The notes under the pieces: generated by a model | The model's database searches: none | The model's input: only the letters and a program-made list of their open reading frames with translations | Told to the model about the DNA's origin: nothing | Made by a program: the position numbers and the translations under genes | Shown: piece by piece, positions 7,232-16,971 of the stretch | Layout of the letters: each line of letters starts with the position of its first letter | Position numbering within the stretch: position 1 is the stretch's first letter | Assembly (NCBI GenBank): GCA_017548545.1 | Contig: JAFYZW010000100.1 | Location: 29,008 to 93,007 of the forward strand | From: Bacteroidales bacterium | Lineage (GTDB): Bacteria > Bacteroidota > Bacteroidia > Bacteroidales > UBA3663 | Direction of reading: 5' to 3' | DNA length: 64,000 nucleotides

Positions 7232-8443
7232 TTATGCTGTCTCTTTCTTCATCTTTGGGAGATATACGGCAATGATGCCAAGCAAAGGAAGCAATGCGCT
7301 AACCTTGAAAATATATAGGATACTGGTCTGATCGGCCAGCCATCCGAAGAAGCTGCTGCCAAGGCCACCCAGGCCGAATGACAAGCCATAGAAGATGCCT
7401 GCCACCGTGGCCGTATGATAGGGCATCAGGTCGGTGGCATAGACAAGGATGGCCGAGAAGGCTGATGCCATGACCATGCCAATCACGATGGACAGCCCAA
7501 CGGTAGCGACAAAGCCATCGAGATAAGGAAGGAGCAACGTGAAGGGTGCAGCTCCGAAAATCGAGAACCATATCACATACTTGCGTCCATACTTGTCGCC
7601 AATCCATCCTCCCACGATGGTGCCAACAACCTGCGATGCAAGGAAGACAAAGAGACAGACCTGTGCATTGGCCACTGAAATGTGGAACTTGTCGATAAGG
7701 AAGAAGGTGAAATAGTTGGTCATGCTCGATGTATAAAAGTTCTTCGAGAACATCAGCATGAAGAGAATGAAGATGAAGAAATAGATTCTTCGTCGGCTAT
7801 ATTGCTTCACCGTAGCCCAATGCTCCACGGCCTTCTTTCGTGCTTCCTTCAGTTCACACACAAGCCATCGACCAATGTAACCCAAGATGATGGCAAGAAA
7901 GATGGCTACAAAGGCGAGCAGACGCACACCAGCAAGCCCCCTCGGCAATACGATGAGTGCAGCGAGTAACGGACCTATGGAATAACCTCCGTTGCCGCCT
8001 ACCTGGAAGATGCTTTGCGCCAATCCCTTCCGTCCTCCCGATGCCACCTGTGCCACCTGCGAAGCCTGAGGATGGAAAATGGAAGAACCGCATCCCATCA
8101 AAACAACCGCCATTAGGATCATCTTGTAGCTCGTGGCATAAGACAACAGCAGGATGCCCGATAGCGTGAAGAGCATGCTCACCGACAACTGCCAGGAATG
8201 ATGATGCTTGTCGGCATAAAATCCCACGAACGGTTGCAGGATGGACGATGTGAGCTGAAGCACCAACGTGATGGCTCCAATCTGAGCAAAACTCAGACTA
8301 AAGTCCTCCTTGAGAACAGGAAAGAGGGCAGGGATCATCGACTGCATCGTGTCATTGAGCAAATGACAGAAGCTGACGATGAAGAGTATGCCAAAGGCCG
8401 TCTGGCCAACACGTCGCGTCTCAAGCGATTCCTTGTTGTTCAT
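7232..8443 (-). CDS. MFS transporter (Fsr / fosmidomycin-resistance-like subfamily)
   Basis: FCHLLNDTMQSMIPALFPVLKEDFSLSFAQIGAITLVLQLTSSILQPFVGFYADK plus 12 TM-like segments. Start trimmed to the ATG at 8443 (MNNKES), with a -7 box 32 nt upstream. The track extension to 8704 overlaps the neighbouring gene. Confidence 0.85.
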   Translation of the reverse strand: MNNKESLETRRVGQTAFGILFIVSFCHLLNDTMQSMIPALFPVLKEDFSLSFAQIGAITLVLQLTSSILQPFVGFYADKHHHSWQLSVSMLFTLSGILLLSYATSYKMILMAVVLMGCGSSIFHPQASQVAQVASGGRKGLAQSIFQVGGNGGYSIGPLLAALIVLPRGLAGVRLLAFVAIFLAIILGYIGRWLVCELKEARKKAVEHWATVKQYSRRRIYFFIFILFMLMFSKNFYTSSMTNYFTFFLIDKFHISVANAQVCLFVFLASQVVGTIVGGWIGDKYGRKYVIWFSIFGAAPFTLLLPYLDGFVATVGLSIVIGMVMASAFSAILVYATDLMPYHTATVAGIFYGLSFGLGGLGSSFFGWLADQTSILYIFKVSALLPLLGIIAVYLPKMKKETA

Positions 8444-8475
8444 TGATAAATAAATAAGGTGGTTAAAGTACGGCG

Positions 8476-8483
8476 CAAAGATA
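8476..8483 (-). promoter_or_regulatory. -7 box TATCTTTG (Fsr-like MFS gene)
   Basis: Exact match, 32 nt upstream of the ATG at 8443. Confidence 0.6.
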
Positions 8484-8554
8484 AGGATAAATTCCCTTAT
8501 TCCCAATTTTTGTCTCCAATTTTTCGCAATAGTGCATGAAAAAGACCTATATTC

Positions 8555-8591
8555 AACGAAACTGGCCAGCAGAAAAAGTTCTGCTAGCCAG
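8555..8591 (-). terminator. terminator-like hairpin downstream of the porin gene
   Basis: CTGGCCAGCAGA-aaaagt-TCTGCTAGCCAG (12-bp stem, one mismatch). The minus strand is followed by UUUCGUU. Confidence 0.5.
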
Positions 8592-8627
8592 AAAGAGGAT
8601 GTTAATATGTTTTGTTTTGTGGTACTT

Positions 8628-9929
8628 TTACCAACGTGAAATGAACTGGGGATTGATGTTGAGCGATATCCAAGCCCAGTCCTGCCACTTCGAATGATCG
8701 CCACCCTTCACGCAGTCCATCGTATCGGTGCCGAACATGGTGGAGTAGCCGATCATCATCGTGACACTCTTCATCAGGTTGATGTTGATCTGAAAATCGA
8801 TTTCCGAACCAAGGGTCTTGCCGTCGGTGACAAGAATGTCGCTTGCCGTCAGGAAGTAATGATAGGCAAGTTGCATCGCCGTGTTCTTCGTTGCCTTGTA
8901 ATCGACACTGAGTTGAATGTCCTGGAGTCCTGGAGCCAATCCGTTGAGGTAACTCGAAGCATAGAAATAATCCATGGCACCATAGAACTTGTGATGGGTA
9001 CCGAAAAGCGGATTGAAGGCACGTGTCTTTGTCGGATCTGCCTTATATACTTCGAAATCACCTGAACGCGAACTGGTCGCCCACTGATAATCCTCGCCGT
9101 CCATGAAGTCGAAACCAAAGGTGGCCTTCCATGCTGGATTAAAATTGTAACCTGCCTTCACACTGGCCATGAGTGACGAAATATCAAGATCGGATGCCGT
9201 CTTGCCTGTCTGATAGTAAAAAGAAGCGACAAGGTCCCAATTGTTTGGCTGAGCGGTGAAGTGGAAGCCCATCGTCTGCATGTAACGCGTCTTGGCATCA
9301 CCCCAGACACCACCTTCCTGACCAAGGTTCATGAAGAGGAGCGAGAGTGTCATCGGGCGATTGAACTGATGATTGTACCACAGGGTCTGCATACTCTTGT
9401 AGGGCTGTCCACCAGCTGCATAATAGGTTCCGCTGTTGATCTTCTCTTCATTCTGGTTGAAAGCGAGAATGAGATGCAACTTGTCGGCATTCTTTTCGTA
9501 AGCCAACTTGAAGGCATCGTGCGAGCGGCCTGCCACATTCCAATCGAGATCACCGAGGAGGCGCTCGTCGTCGTAAACCAACGGCTGTCGGCCAATCTGG
9601 GCATACACATTGCCGTGCTTCAACTTTGCCCAAGCCTCATTCAGATCGTAACGTCCGTCCCTGTTGACTTGAGGATCCTGTCCCCAGACACCAACCTGCT
9701 GCCCCGAAATTTTCAATTCGAGGTTATTTGCACGAACATAACTAATTGACAACCGTGTACGGTCATTGATGAAGGAAGTGAAAGCGTCACCCTCTCCACG
9801 AGGGTAGATGGAACCATTGCGATATTCGGCACGTGTGCGAAGCTGAGCCGACATGCTGAACTGATTCTCCTGAGCTTGCATGGACATTGTGGCCATAGCA
9901 AGACCTAAAACAAAAAGTAATTTCTTCAT
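8628..9929 (-). CDS. alginate-export-family outer membrane beta-barrel porin
   Basis: Signal peptide MKKLLFVLGLAMATMSMQAQ, then FSMSAQLRTRAEYRNG and alternating beta-strand sequence, ending in an aromatic residue (ISRW). Start trimmed to the ATG at 9929. Confidence 0.7.
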   Translation of the reverse strand: MKKLLFVLGLAMATMSMQAQENQFSMSAQLRTRAEYRNGSIYPRGEGDAFTSFINDRTRLSISYVRANNLELKISGQQVGVWGQDPQVNRDGRYDLNEAWAKLKHGNVYAQIGRQPLVYDDERLLGDLDWNVAGRSHDAFKLAYEKNADKLHLILAFNQNEEKINSGTYYAAGGQPYKSMQTLWYNHQFNRPMTLSLLFMNLGQEGGVWGDAKTRYMQTMGFHFTAQPNNWDLVASFYYQTGKTASDLDISSLMASVKAGYNFNPAWKATFGFDFMDGEDYQWATSSRSGDFEVYKADPTKTRAFNPLFGTHHKFYGAMDYFYASSYLNGLAPGLQDIQLSVDYKATKNTAMQLAYHYFLTASDILVTDGKTLGSEIDFQININLMKSVTMMIGYSTMFGTDTMDCVKGGDHSKWQDWAWISLNINPQFISRW

Positions 9930-10068
9930 AACAATAATAAAAAATAAGTGAATAAAAAAAATAAGTGAATGAAAAAGATCACAAATTGTGATTCTATATC
10001 TACATATCACCTTGGAGCCCCACACATCACGTGTAGGCTCCAAGGTTTATTAAATTGAAAAAGGATTC

Positions 10069-13000
10069 TTATCGAAGAACCTTCCGGCCATTCAGGATAT
10101 AGAGACCCGACTTCGGAGCCTTTACCCTGCGACCTTGCAGGTCATAGATGACATACTCCGATGCATCAACACTGATGGTGCTGATGCCACCGGGAATCTC
10201 ACCGAAATAGAGTGGCAATGATGGAGCGGCCACTCCTTCGAGAACGAGATATGCATCACCAGCCTCAATAACATCCGTGCTGTTGGCTACGAATGTGCCA
10301 TCCTGATAGATGAAGGCATTGCTGATGGTTGAAAGGTCGGTATCGGCAAGAGCAGCCACGAGCAGGTTGCCGGTGACATCGGCCGAAACGGGCTCGTTGG
10401 TGGCCTTGAATACCAAGGTCGATTCGCCTTCGATGAGCAAGCCATTGCCTGCCTCAACGACACCCTCGACAGCCGAAGCCAAGAGGCTGGCAAGCTCTTC
10501 GTCATAAGTGACCTTATAAGCCTGGGCCTTGACGGCCTCAACTGCCTCAAAGCTATCATCGACAACAACGATGTCATCGAGATCAATGTTCTTCGGCGAA
10601 GAGAACCCTTGTACGCTACGAGCGCCAAATGTCTTGAACGAATTGACCTGCGTGAATTTGCTCCAGCCATCGGCCTTCGAATAGGCAGCCTCGGTGCCAA
10701 CGGGGACGATGAGCTGAATCCTGTTGATGTTCAATCCCGCGAAGGAACCCGAACTGATGCCTGAGAAACAGGAAGGTTTTTTCCTGGCCTTCGACACGAT
10801 AGTCGTGAGTTCGTCACATCCACTGAGACAGGACATGCCCATAGTTACAACGCTGGCAGGAAGAATGAGGCGCGTGATAGCGGTCCCGGCAAGACTGCCA
10901 TCGCCGATTACCTTCAACGAGTCGGGAAGATTATTGACCACACCTTGTGCAGAAGGATATGTGTTCAAGGTCTTGCCTTCATTCGAGAACAACATACCAT
11001 CATGGGCCGAGTATTTGGCATTGTTCTCGTCCACTTGGATGTCGACTAGATTCTTGCACCCGGCAAAGGCTCCTTGTCCAATAGCCTTGACAAATGCAGG
11101 AAGATGAAGGGCTGAGAGACTCGTGCAATCGGCGAAGCTATACTCACCAATCGTGGTTAGGGTAGCCGGCAGTACAACGCTCAGAAGTTCAGTACAGCCG
11201 TTGAACACATTATTGTCGAGACTCGTAACAACATAGTTCCTGCCATTGGAAACAATAGTGTCAGGAATGACGATATGACCGGCATATTCTTCGCTGCCAC
11301 CTACAAGTTTGGCCTCCTGCGTTTCGGGATTGAGCTTGAAACGAAGACCATCGATGACCATATCTCCGGAATTGATGCCAACGGTGCAACTGCCAAAGAT
11401 ACATTTGCCACTCGGATCGGATCCGAAGCTGACCGTCCATTTGCCACTCGAAGAGGGACGGAAAGAGAACGACACACGAAGACTATCATGAGCCGGTACC
11501 GTGAAACCTTCAAAGGAAGAATATCTCATATTCGGAGTTTTCCCTTCCCCGCGATTGGAGAACAGATAGATAGGGCCATAGTACTCCTGATCGGTGTCGT
11601 TGAGGAAGGTGACCTTGAACGGTTGCGACTGGCCGATGAACAGACTGCCCTCAAATTCGTAATTGACAGTCTGCATCTTATTCCAAACGGTATTGAACTC
11701 CATAGAGCCATCTTCGCCCACCATCACTTCGGCATAAGGATAGAGGTCGTATCTCCAAAGGCTGTCGCCTTCCATACGAGAGATGGGCACAAGGCGATGA
11801 AGGCCGGCTTCAACGTCTGAAATGCAGAACTCCATACTTTCTTCGCCCCAGAACTGACGTATTTTTTCCTTGTGCAACGTTTTGTCAAGTGGAGACATTT
11901 CCCCATCAATGACTTCTCCCAATCCGAGTTCGTATTCCACAGAGCCAGAAACGAGGCTGTAATACTCGACGAGCACCCCCTGGTCGGTGACACCGACAAT
12001 ATTCATTTCAAGGGGTTTGATAACCAGAGGGATCTCCAGCCCGGGCTTAAGGAAAAGAACATCCTGGTCGTAACTGAAACCATCCTCCGAACTGCTCGAA
12101 CCGATGCTGGAATTGTTGTAGGGATTGAGCACGGAAAGAAGGAAATAGTTGTCATCCTGGCCTCCCCATCCCCAGTTGACATGGAAATAGTGGTCACTAT
12201 CGTATCCATCGACCACGAAGCTGTGTCCACCGCCCGTTGACATGCCATTGAAAATCACGGGATAGCCCATGGCAAGCTGCTGGTAGATGGAATCCTCGAA
12301 AGCCACCAGCGGATAGTTCTTGCGGTAGAGCTGGGTAACCTGATAGTCGAAATAATTGTTAAGGGCAGGCGCCATATCCGAACTGTAGGCACCCGAACCC
12401 ATGAAGTCATAGTCCATCTTGATAGCCCGCCCCACATAGCTCATCAGTTCGGCCACGGCTTGACACGACTCGGTGCTCGACGAACGATTGTAAGTGTCGG
12501 TCATATCTTCCCAATGGAACTCGGTGCCTGCGGGAACAGCGCTCAGGTAGAAATTCCTTGAAGCAGAGCGATAGGATGGAATCTCGGCAGTCGTCGCTGC
12601 CGGCCACTTGTGGTAATACATGATCTGGGCCGTGGATGTGGCAGCACAACCGGTAGGGCTACCACTCGGACAGAGAGAATTGTAGGGCGAACCCTGGTCC
12701 CAACGAGTGCTAATCAATGGCGCGATAGCCTGATAATCCTCTTCACCAGCACGACGTGGCGCGCGCTGAACCTCAATTATACCAGCATCTTCGAGATACT
12801 GGATTTCGTCAGCATAAGTCTGGAGGAATGCCTTGATATGCTGAGGCAACACAGCCTCGTTGAATGTACCTTTATAGGAATATCCAAGGACTTCAGCCGT
12901 GCGGTCATCACCCGACACGACAACGAAACCCTGATTATTGGGAGCGTTGAAAACATAAAAATAGGCGTTCTCATCGGAAACCTGTCCACGGCGGGGAGAC

Positions 13001-13155
13001 TTATAAACCATCTCGGCTATCTGCGATGACATGCCCCTATTATTCATAAATTGGCGAGCCACCTCCTGTGCCTTTGAGCGTGACACGGGTGCTGCACTTA
13101 CCATCAGTGGAAGAGCAAGCAGAAGCGCAGAAATAATAAGATTTCTTCTATACAT
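10069..13155 (-). CDS. C10 family (streptopain/interpain-like) cysteine peptidase with BspA-type leucine-rich repeats and a T9SS C-terminal sorting domain
   Basis: Signal peptide MYRRNLIISALLLALPLMVSA. Spi-like prodomain SKAQEVARQFM. Catalytic Cys context PTGCAATSTAQIMYYHKWP and His context GGGHSFVVDGYD...HVNWGWGG. LRR block FNGCTELLSVVLPATLTTIGEYSFADCTSL. C-terminal domain VIYDLQGRRVKAPKSGLYILNGRKVLR. Confidence 0.85.
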   Translation of the reverse strand: MYRRNLIISALLLALPLMVSAAPVSRSKAQEVARQFMNNRGMSSQIAEMVYKSPRRGQVSDENAYFYVFNAPNNQGFVVVSGDDRTAEVLGYSYKGTFNEAVLPQHIKAFLQTYADEIQYLEDAGIIEVQRAPRRAGEEDYQAIAPLISTRWDQGSPYNSLCPSGSPTGCAATSTAQIMYYHKWPAATTAEIPSYRSASRNFYLSAVPAGTEFHWEDMTDTYNRSSSTESCQAVAELMSYVGRAIKMDYDFMGSGAYSSDMAPALNNYFDYQVTQLYRKNYPLVAFEDSIYQQLAMGYPVIFNGMSTGGGHSFVVDGYDSDHYFHVNWGWGGQDDNYFLLSVLNPYNNSSIGSSSSEDGFSYDQDVLFLKPGLEIPLVIKPLEMNIVGVTDQGVLVEYYSLVSGSVEYELGLGEVIDGEMSPLDKTLHKEKIRQFWGEESMEFCISDVEAGLHRLVPISRMEGDSLWRYDLYPYAEVMVGEDGSMEFNTVWNKMQTVNYEFEGSLFIGQSQPFKVTFLNDTDQEYYGPIYLFSNRGEGKTPNMRYSSFEGFTVPAHDSLRVSFSFRPSSSGKWTVSFGSDPSGKCIFGSCTVGINSGDMVIDGLRFKLNPETQEAKLVGGSEEYAGHIVIPDTIVSNGRNYVVTSLDNNVFNGCTELLSVVLPATLTTIGEYSFADCTSLSALHLPAFVKAIGQGAFAGCKNLVDIQVDENNAKYSAHDGMLFSNEGKTLNTYPSAQGVVNNLPDSLKVIGDGSLAGTAITRLILPASVVTMGMSCLSGCDELTTIVSKARKKPSCFSGISSGSFAGLNINRIQLIVPVGTEAAYSKADGWSKFTQVNSFKTFGARSVQGFSSPKNIDLDDIVVVDDSFEAVEAVKAQAYKVTYDEELASLLASAVEGVVEAGNGLLIEGESTLVFKATNEPVSADVTGNLLVAALADTDLSTISNAFIYQDGTFVANSTDVIEAGDAYLVLEGVAAPSLPLYFGEIPGGISTISVDASEYVIYDLQGRRVKAPKSGLYILNGRKVLR

Positions 13156-13283
13156 TACAATATTATTTAAAAAACAGCGCAAATATGGGCGCAAAATTAC
13201 TGAAAAAATCGTCGATATGCAAGTTTTTAGTAGAAAATTGATAGAAATTAGCCAGATTTTGGCATTTTCTTTCATCGAAGATA

Positions 13284-14249
13284 TCATTTGCTGACATAAA
13301 TATCTTCCACGGGAACTTTCGTCCAGGAGAATTCAGGCACGAGTTCAAGAGCAGATACAGGTTCCGGACGGTCGATGATACCTGCATAGAAAGCCAGTTG
13401 GCCAAGCACCGATTCCGGTGAACGACCCGACCTGCGTATCTCTCCCATATCAAGACTCTTGTCGCGCTTGCAGAGACGTTGTCCGGTCTCGTTGCAAAGG
13501 AGCGGAAGATGGCAGAATGTGGGAACTTCGAAACCAAGCAGTCGATACAGGTAGATCTGCTGAGGAGCGGACAGCAGCAGGTCGCGTCCACGCACCACTT
13601 CGGTGATGCCCATCAAGGCATCATCGACTACGACAGCCAGCTGATAGGCCCATGCCCCGTCGGCACGCCGCAAAACGAAGTCTCCGCAATGACGGGCCAG
13701 GTTGACTGATAGCGGGCCATAATGTGCATCGACGAAACTGATCTCCTCATCAGGAACGATGATTCGCGTGGCAGGTTTTCGTCCCGACGGATGCGAGTCC
13801 ACGTTGCTCCAAGCCTGGTCAAGATTTTTCGGACGGCATGTGCCGGCATATACTACGCGACCATCGGCTTCGTGCGGGGCTTGCGTCGCCATGATGTCGG
13901 CACGAGTACAATAGCAGGGATAAGTCAATCCCTTTTCCTTTAATTTATTTAAATAATGTGTATAGATAGTGCCACGCTCACTTTGAATATACGATACGGA
14001 ACCCTGTTGGGAAGAAGGATTTGCAGGCATGTTTTCCAATCCTCCTTCGTCCCAATCCAGACCCAACCAGTGCAAGTCATCTTCTATCTGTTCGGCATAG
14101 ATTCTGTGTGAGCGCTGCGGGTCGAGATCTTCGATGCGCAGCACCCATGTCCCACCCTGGCTCCTGACCGAAAGCCAGGAGAGCAAGGCAGAATAAACAT
14201 TGCCAAGATGCATTCTACCCGTAGGAGAAGGTGCAAATCTTCCTTTCAT
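13284..14249 (-). CDS. gluQ: tRNA glutamyl-Q(34) synthetase GluQRS
   Basis: GRFAPSPTGRMHLGNVYSALLSWL...VLRIEDLDPQRS is a class I Glu-tRNA-synthetase-like catalytic core without an anticodon-binding domain. Start set at the ATG at 14249. The track start at 14297 would place the -7 box inside the gene. Confidence 0.85.
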   Translation of the reverse strand: MKGRFAPSPTGRMHLGNVYSALLSWLSVRSQGGTWVLRIEDLDPQRSHRIYAEQIEDDLHWLGLDWDEGGLENMPANPSSQQGSVSYIQSERGTIYTHYLNKLKEKGLTYPCYCTRADIMATQAPHEADGRVVYAGTCRPKNLDQAWSNVDSHPSGRKPATRIIVPDEEISFVDAHYGPLSVNLARHCGDFVLRRADGAWAYQLAVVVDDALMGITEVVRGRDLLLSAPQQIYLYRLLGFEVPTFCHLPLLCNETGQRLCKRDKSLDMGEIRRSGRSPESVLGQLAFYAGIIDRPEPVSALELVPEFSWTKVPVEDIYVSK

Positions 14250-14254
14250 GGGCA

Positions 14255-14262
14255 CAAAGATA
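14255..14262 (-). promoter_or_regulatory. -7 box TATCTTTG (gluQ), 5 nt from the ATG
   Basis: Exact match. Only 14250-14254 separate it from the ATG at 14249. Confidence 0.5.
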
Positions 14263-14356
14263 CTACTTTTTTTATTCCCTTGGACAATTTTATGCAATAA
14301 AATGCGGAAAACTACGTTTAATGGTTAGCGTTTATTTCGAAAAACGACAAAAGGAC

Positions 14357-15337
14357 ATGCAGAAAGCTTTGCAAAGGACATATATATGGCAGAAGACAGT
14401 GGGCGCGATTTGCGCCATCGTCATGCTTTTTTCTGCATCTTCTCTCTTTGCACAGCAGGACACCAACGAGAGTATGTACTGGGCCACGCCCACGCTCTAC
14501 AACCCAGCTACAGCAGGTTGCGACTCAGCGCTCCACATCACAGCCTTCGACCGTATGCAATGGGTGGGAGTCAAGGATGCTCCACAGACGTTCTTCGTCT
14601 CGGCAGACATTCCCATCATGTTGGGACGAAAACGGACGGGCCTTGGTGTCACCATCCTGAATGACCAGGCAGGACTTTTCACCACGACATTTGTCAACCT
14701 GCAGATGAACTACAGCTTCAAGATGTGGGGCGGACGACTGGCAGTGGGCCTTCAACCCGGCTTCGTGAATCAGACCTTTGCAGGCGGCGAAGTCTATATC
14801 CCCTCGGGTGAAGCCTGGGATGCAGCCGACGATGCCATTCCGACGGGTGACGTGTCGGGCATGACATTCGATCCCTCGGCAGGCGTTTATTACGAACGAG
14901 GTTGGTTTTATGGCGGATTCAGTGGGCTACACCTCCTTGGAAGTGAGATAGAATTGGCCGATTATGCCTTTTTTGAGCTCTCACCAACTTTTTATTTTCA
15001 TGCGGGAGGCAATATTCCTTTAAAACATACGTTATTCATATTGCAACCCTCGCTGTTGGTGAAGTCAACGTTCCAGTTCACCCAGTACGACTTCACAGTT
15101 CGCACCACCTACAACGAGAAATTCTGGGGAGGACTCTCCTACCGTCCGGGCGATGCCGTCGTTGTCATGGTGGGTGCCGATGTCAACCACGTGCGATTGG
15201 GATATGCCTACGACATCCCCATCTCGCAGATAGGCTTTGCAGGTGGCGGGTCGCATGAGATTCTGGCGACCTACACGATGCACATCGACCTCGACAAGAC
15301 CAAGTCGAGAGGTACCAAGTCTATTAGAATACTATAA
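14357..15337 (+). CDS. porP: type IX secretion system membrane protein PorP/SprF family
   Basis: Signal sequence followed by YWATPTLYNPATAG...FDRMQWVGVKDAPQT...GLGVTILNDQAG. Sits immediately upstream of porKLMN, as in Porphyromonas gingivalis. Confidence 0.85.
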   Translation: MQKALQRTYIWQKTVGAICAIVMLFSASSLFAQQDTNESMYWATPTLYNPATAGCDSALHITAFDRMQWVGVKDAPQTFFVSADIPIMLGRKRTGLGVTILNDQAGLFTTTFVNLQMNYSFKMWGGRLAVGLQPGFVNQTFAGGEVYIPSGEAWDAADDAIPTGDVSGMTFDPSAGVYYERGWFYGGFSGLHLLGSEIELADYAFFELSPTFYFHAGGNIPLKHTLFILQPSLLVKSTFQFTQYDFTVRTTYNEKFWGGLSYRPGDAVVVMVGADVNHVRLGYAYDIPISQIGFAGGGSHEILATYTMHIDLDKTKSRGTKSIRIL

Positions 15338-15391
15338 ATGCTTCAATCTGCGGATTGGACTACGAAACGCAAAAACAAAAAATACAACTAT

Positions 15392-16915
15392 ATGAAAAAA
15401 ATCTTTCTGGCAATCATCGTGGCCGTCATCGGCTGCACAATGCTGACCAGCTGCATGAAGTCGATGGGCGGACAAGGCGGCGAGGTCACTGGTGTGCGCG
15501 GACGTTCATGGAATGAACCACAGCCCTATGGCATGGTGCTCGTGAAGCGTGGCTCGATGGAAGTGGGCGCACAAAGTCAGGACTCGCTTTGGGGTGATCT
15601 TTTAGATGCCAAGGGCATATCGGTTGATGCCTTCTGGATGGACGAGAAGGAGGTCTCGAATGCCATGTATCGACAGTTCGTACACTATGTGCGCGACTCG
15701 ATCATCCGTGAACGTCTGGCCGATCCCGCCTACGGAGGCAATGAGGAATACAAGATCGAAGAAGACAAGTATGGCGAGCCCGTCACGCCACACCTCAAGT
15801 GGTCGAAACCCATTCCCTGGCGCAAACCCAACGAGGACGAGGAGCGTGCCATCGAGAGCGTCTATCGCATCGATCCCATCACGGGCAGGAAGATGCTCGA
15901 CGCTCATCAGATGAACTATCGCTATGAGGTGTTTGACTACAACTCGTACGCCCAACGTCGCTATCGTCTCAATCCTGAGCTGCGTGACCTCAACACCGAC
16001 CACGCAGTAGATTATGACGCCGAAGTACTCATTTCAAAAGACACCGCCTTCATCGATGATGACGGCAACATCGTGCGCTCTACTATCGTACGTCCACTCT
16101 CTTCCGAGTGGGACTTCCTCAACACCTACATCGTCAACATCTACCCCGACACCACTGTCTGGGTTAATGACTTTGCCAATGCTTTCACCGACCAGTATGC
16201 ACGCTATTACTTCTCATCGCCCATCTACGACGACTATCCCGTTGTGGGTGTGAGCTGGGAACAGGCCAATGCCTTCTGCCGTTGGCGCACTGAATATCTC
16301 GTGTCGAGCCATGGTATGCGCGGCATCCAGATCGAACCTTACCGTTTGCCCACCGAAGCCGAATGGGAATATGCAGCACGCGCCGGCAACAACGACCAGA
16401 CATTCTCCTGGAAGACCGATATTCCTCACACCGACAAGGGCTGCTACAATGGCAACTTCAAACCAGGCAATGGCGACTATAGTCGCGATGGATACATCAT
16501 CACATCACCCGTCGGTGCTTATCCGAGCAATGATTTCGGCCTTTACGACATGTCGGGCAACGTGGCCGAATGGACTTCAACAGCCTGGACCGAATCGGGT
16601 GTTCATAGTGCTAGCGACATCAACCCCGACTACCATTACAACGCTGCGAAGGAAGATCCCTACCGCATGAAGCGCAAGGTGATTCGTGGCGGTTCGTGGA
16701 AGGATGCCGAACACTACGTTCGTGGCGACGTCCGTTCTTGGGAATACCAGAACGAGCAACGCTCATTCATCGGATTCCGCTGCGTTCGCACCTACCTCGG
16801 CAACAACAAGGCAAACGTAAAGTCCAGCGGCAAGAGCAAAGCCAGCAAACAACCCAAACAAAAGAAAGAACGCGGTGGTGGCGGTGGCGGCAGCCGCTCC
16901 GTAAGAAGAAGATAA
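15392..16915 (+). CDS. porK: T9SS lipoprotein PorK/GldK (SUMF1/FGE-type domain)
   Basis: Lipobox MKKIFLAIIVAVIGCTMLTSC. FGE-sulfatase-like motifs VGVSWEQANAFCRWR, RLPTEAEWEYAAR, GNVAEWT, RGGSW. Tandem TAA TAA stop. Confidence 0.9.
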   Translation: MKKIFLAIIVAVIGCTMLTSCMKSMGGQGGEVTGVRGRSWNEPQPYGMVLVKRGSMEVGAQSQDSLWGDLLDAKGISVDAFWMDEKEVSNAMYRQFVHYVRDSIIRERLADPAYGGNEEYKIEEDKYGEPVTPHLKWSKPIPWRKPNEDEERAIESVYRIDPITGRKMLDAHQMNYRYEVFDYNSYAQRRYRLNPELRDLNTDHAVDYDAEVLISKDTAFIDDDGNIVRSTIVRPLSSEWDFLNTYIVNIYPDTTVWVNDFANAFTDQYARYYFSSPIYDDYPVVGVSWEQANAFCRWRTEYLVSSHGMRGIQIEPYRLPTEAEWEYAARAGNNDQTFSWKTDIPHTDKGCYNGNFKPGNGDYSRDGYIITSPVGAYPSNDFGLYDMSGNVAEWTSTAWTESGVHSASDINPDYHYNAAKEDPYRMKRKVIRGGSWKDAEHYVRGDVRSWEYQNEQRSFIGFRCVRTYLGNNKANVKSSGKSKASKQPKQKKERGGGGGGSRSVRRR

Positions 16916-16929
16916 TAATCAGCCATCTA

Positions 16930-16971
16930 TCTAGAACATCTAGAGAATCTAGAATATCTAGACAGTCTAGA
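16930..16971. repeat. five TCTAGA palindromes at an exact 9-bp period (porK-porL spacer)
   Basis: TCTAGA at 16930, 16939, 16948, 16957 and 16966. Units are tctagaaca/tctagagaa/tctagaata/tctagacag/tctagaaaa. Confidence 0.95.

Noticed and set aside
8444-8704. N-terminal extensions of track ORFs (MFS to 8704, porin to 10043, C10 peptidase to 13287, GH2 from 35335, porK from 15338, BNR protein to 29742, cutC from 29685, and others).
   Set aside because: The extensions overlap neighbouring genes or contain the gene's own -7 promoter box. Downstream ATGs give canonical signal peptides, lipoboxes or conserved N-termini. Two track starts (7150 and 54954) are TTG codons.
10009-10046. Hairpin ACCTTGGAGCC-(16 nt)-GGCTCCAAGGT downstream of the C10 peptidase gene, considered as its terminator.
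   Set aside because: On the minus (coding) strand it is not followed by a U-tract, so I did not list it as a terminator. It may still be a processing or Rho-related element.
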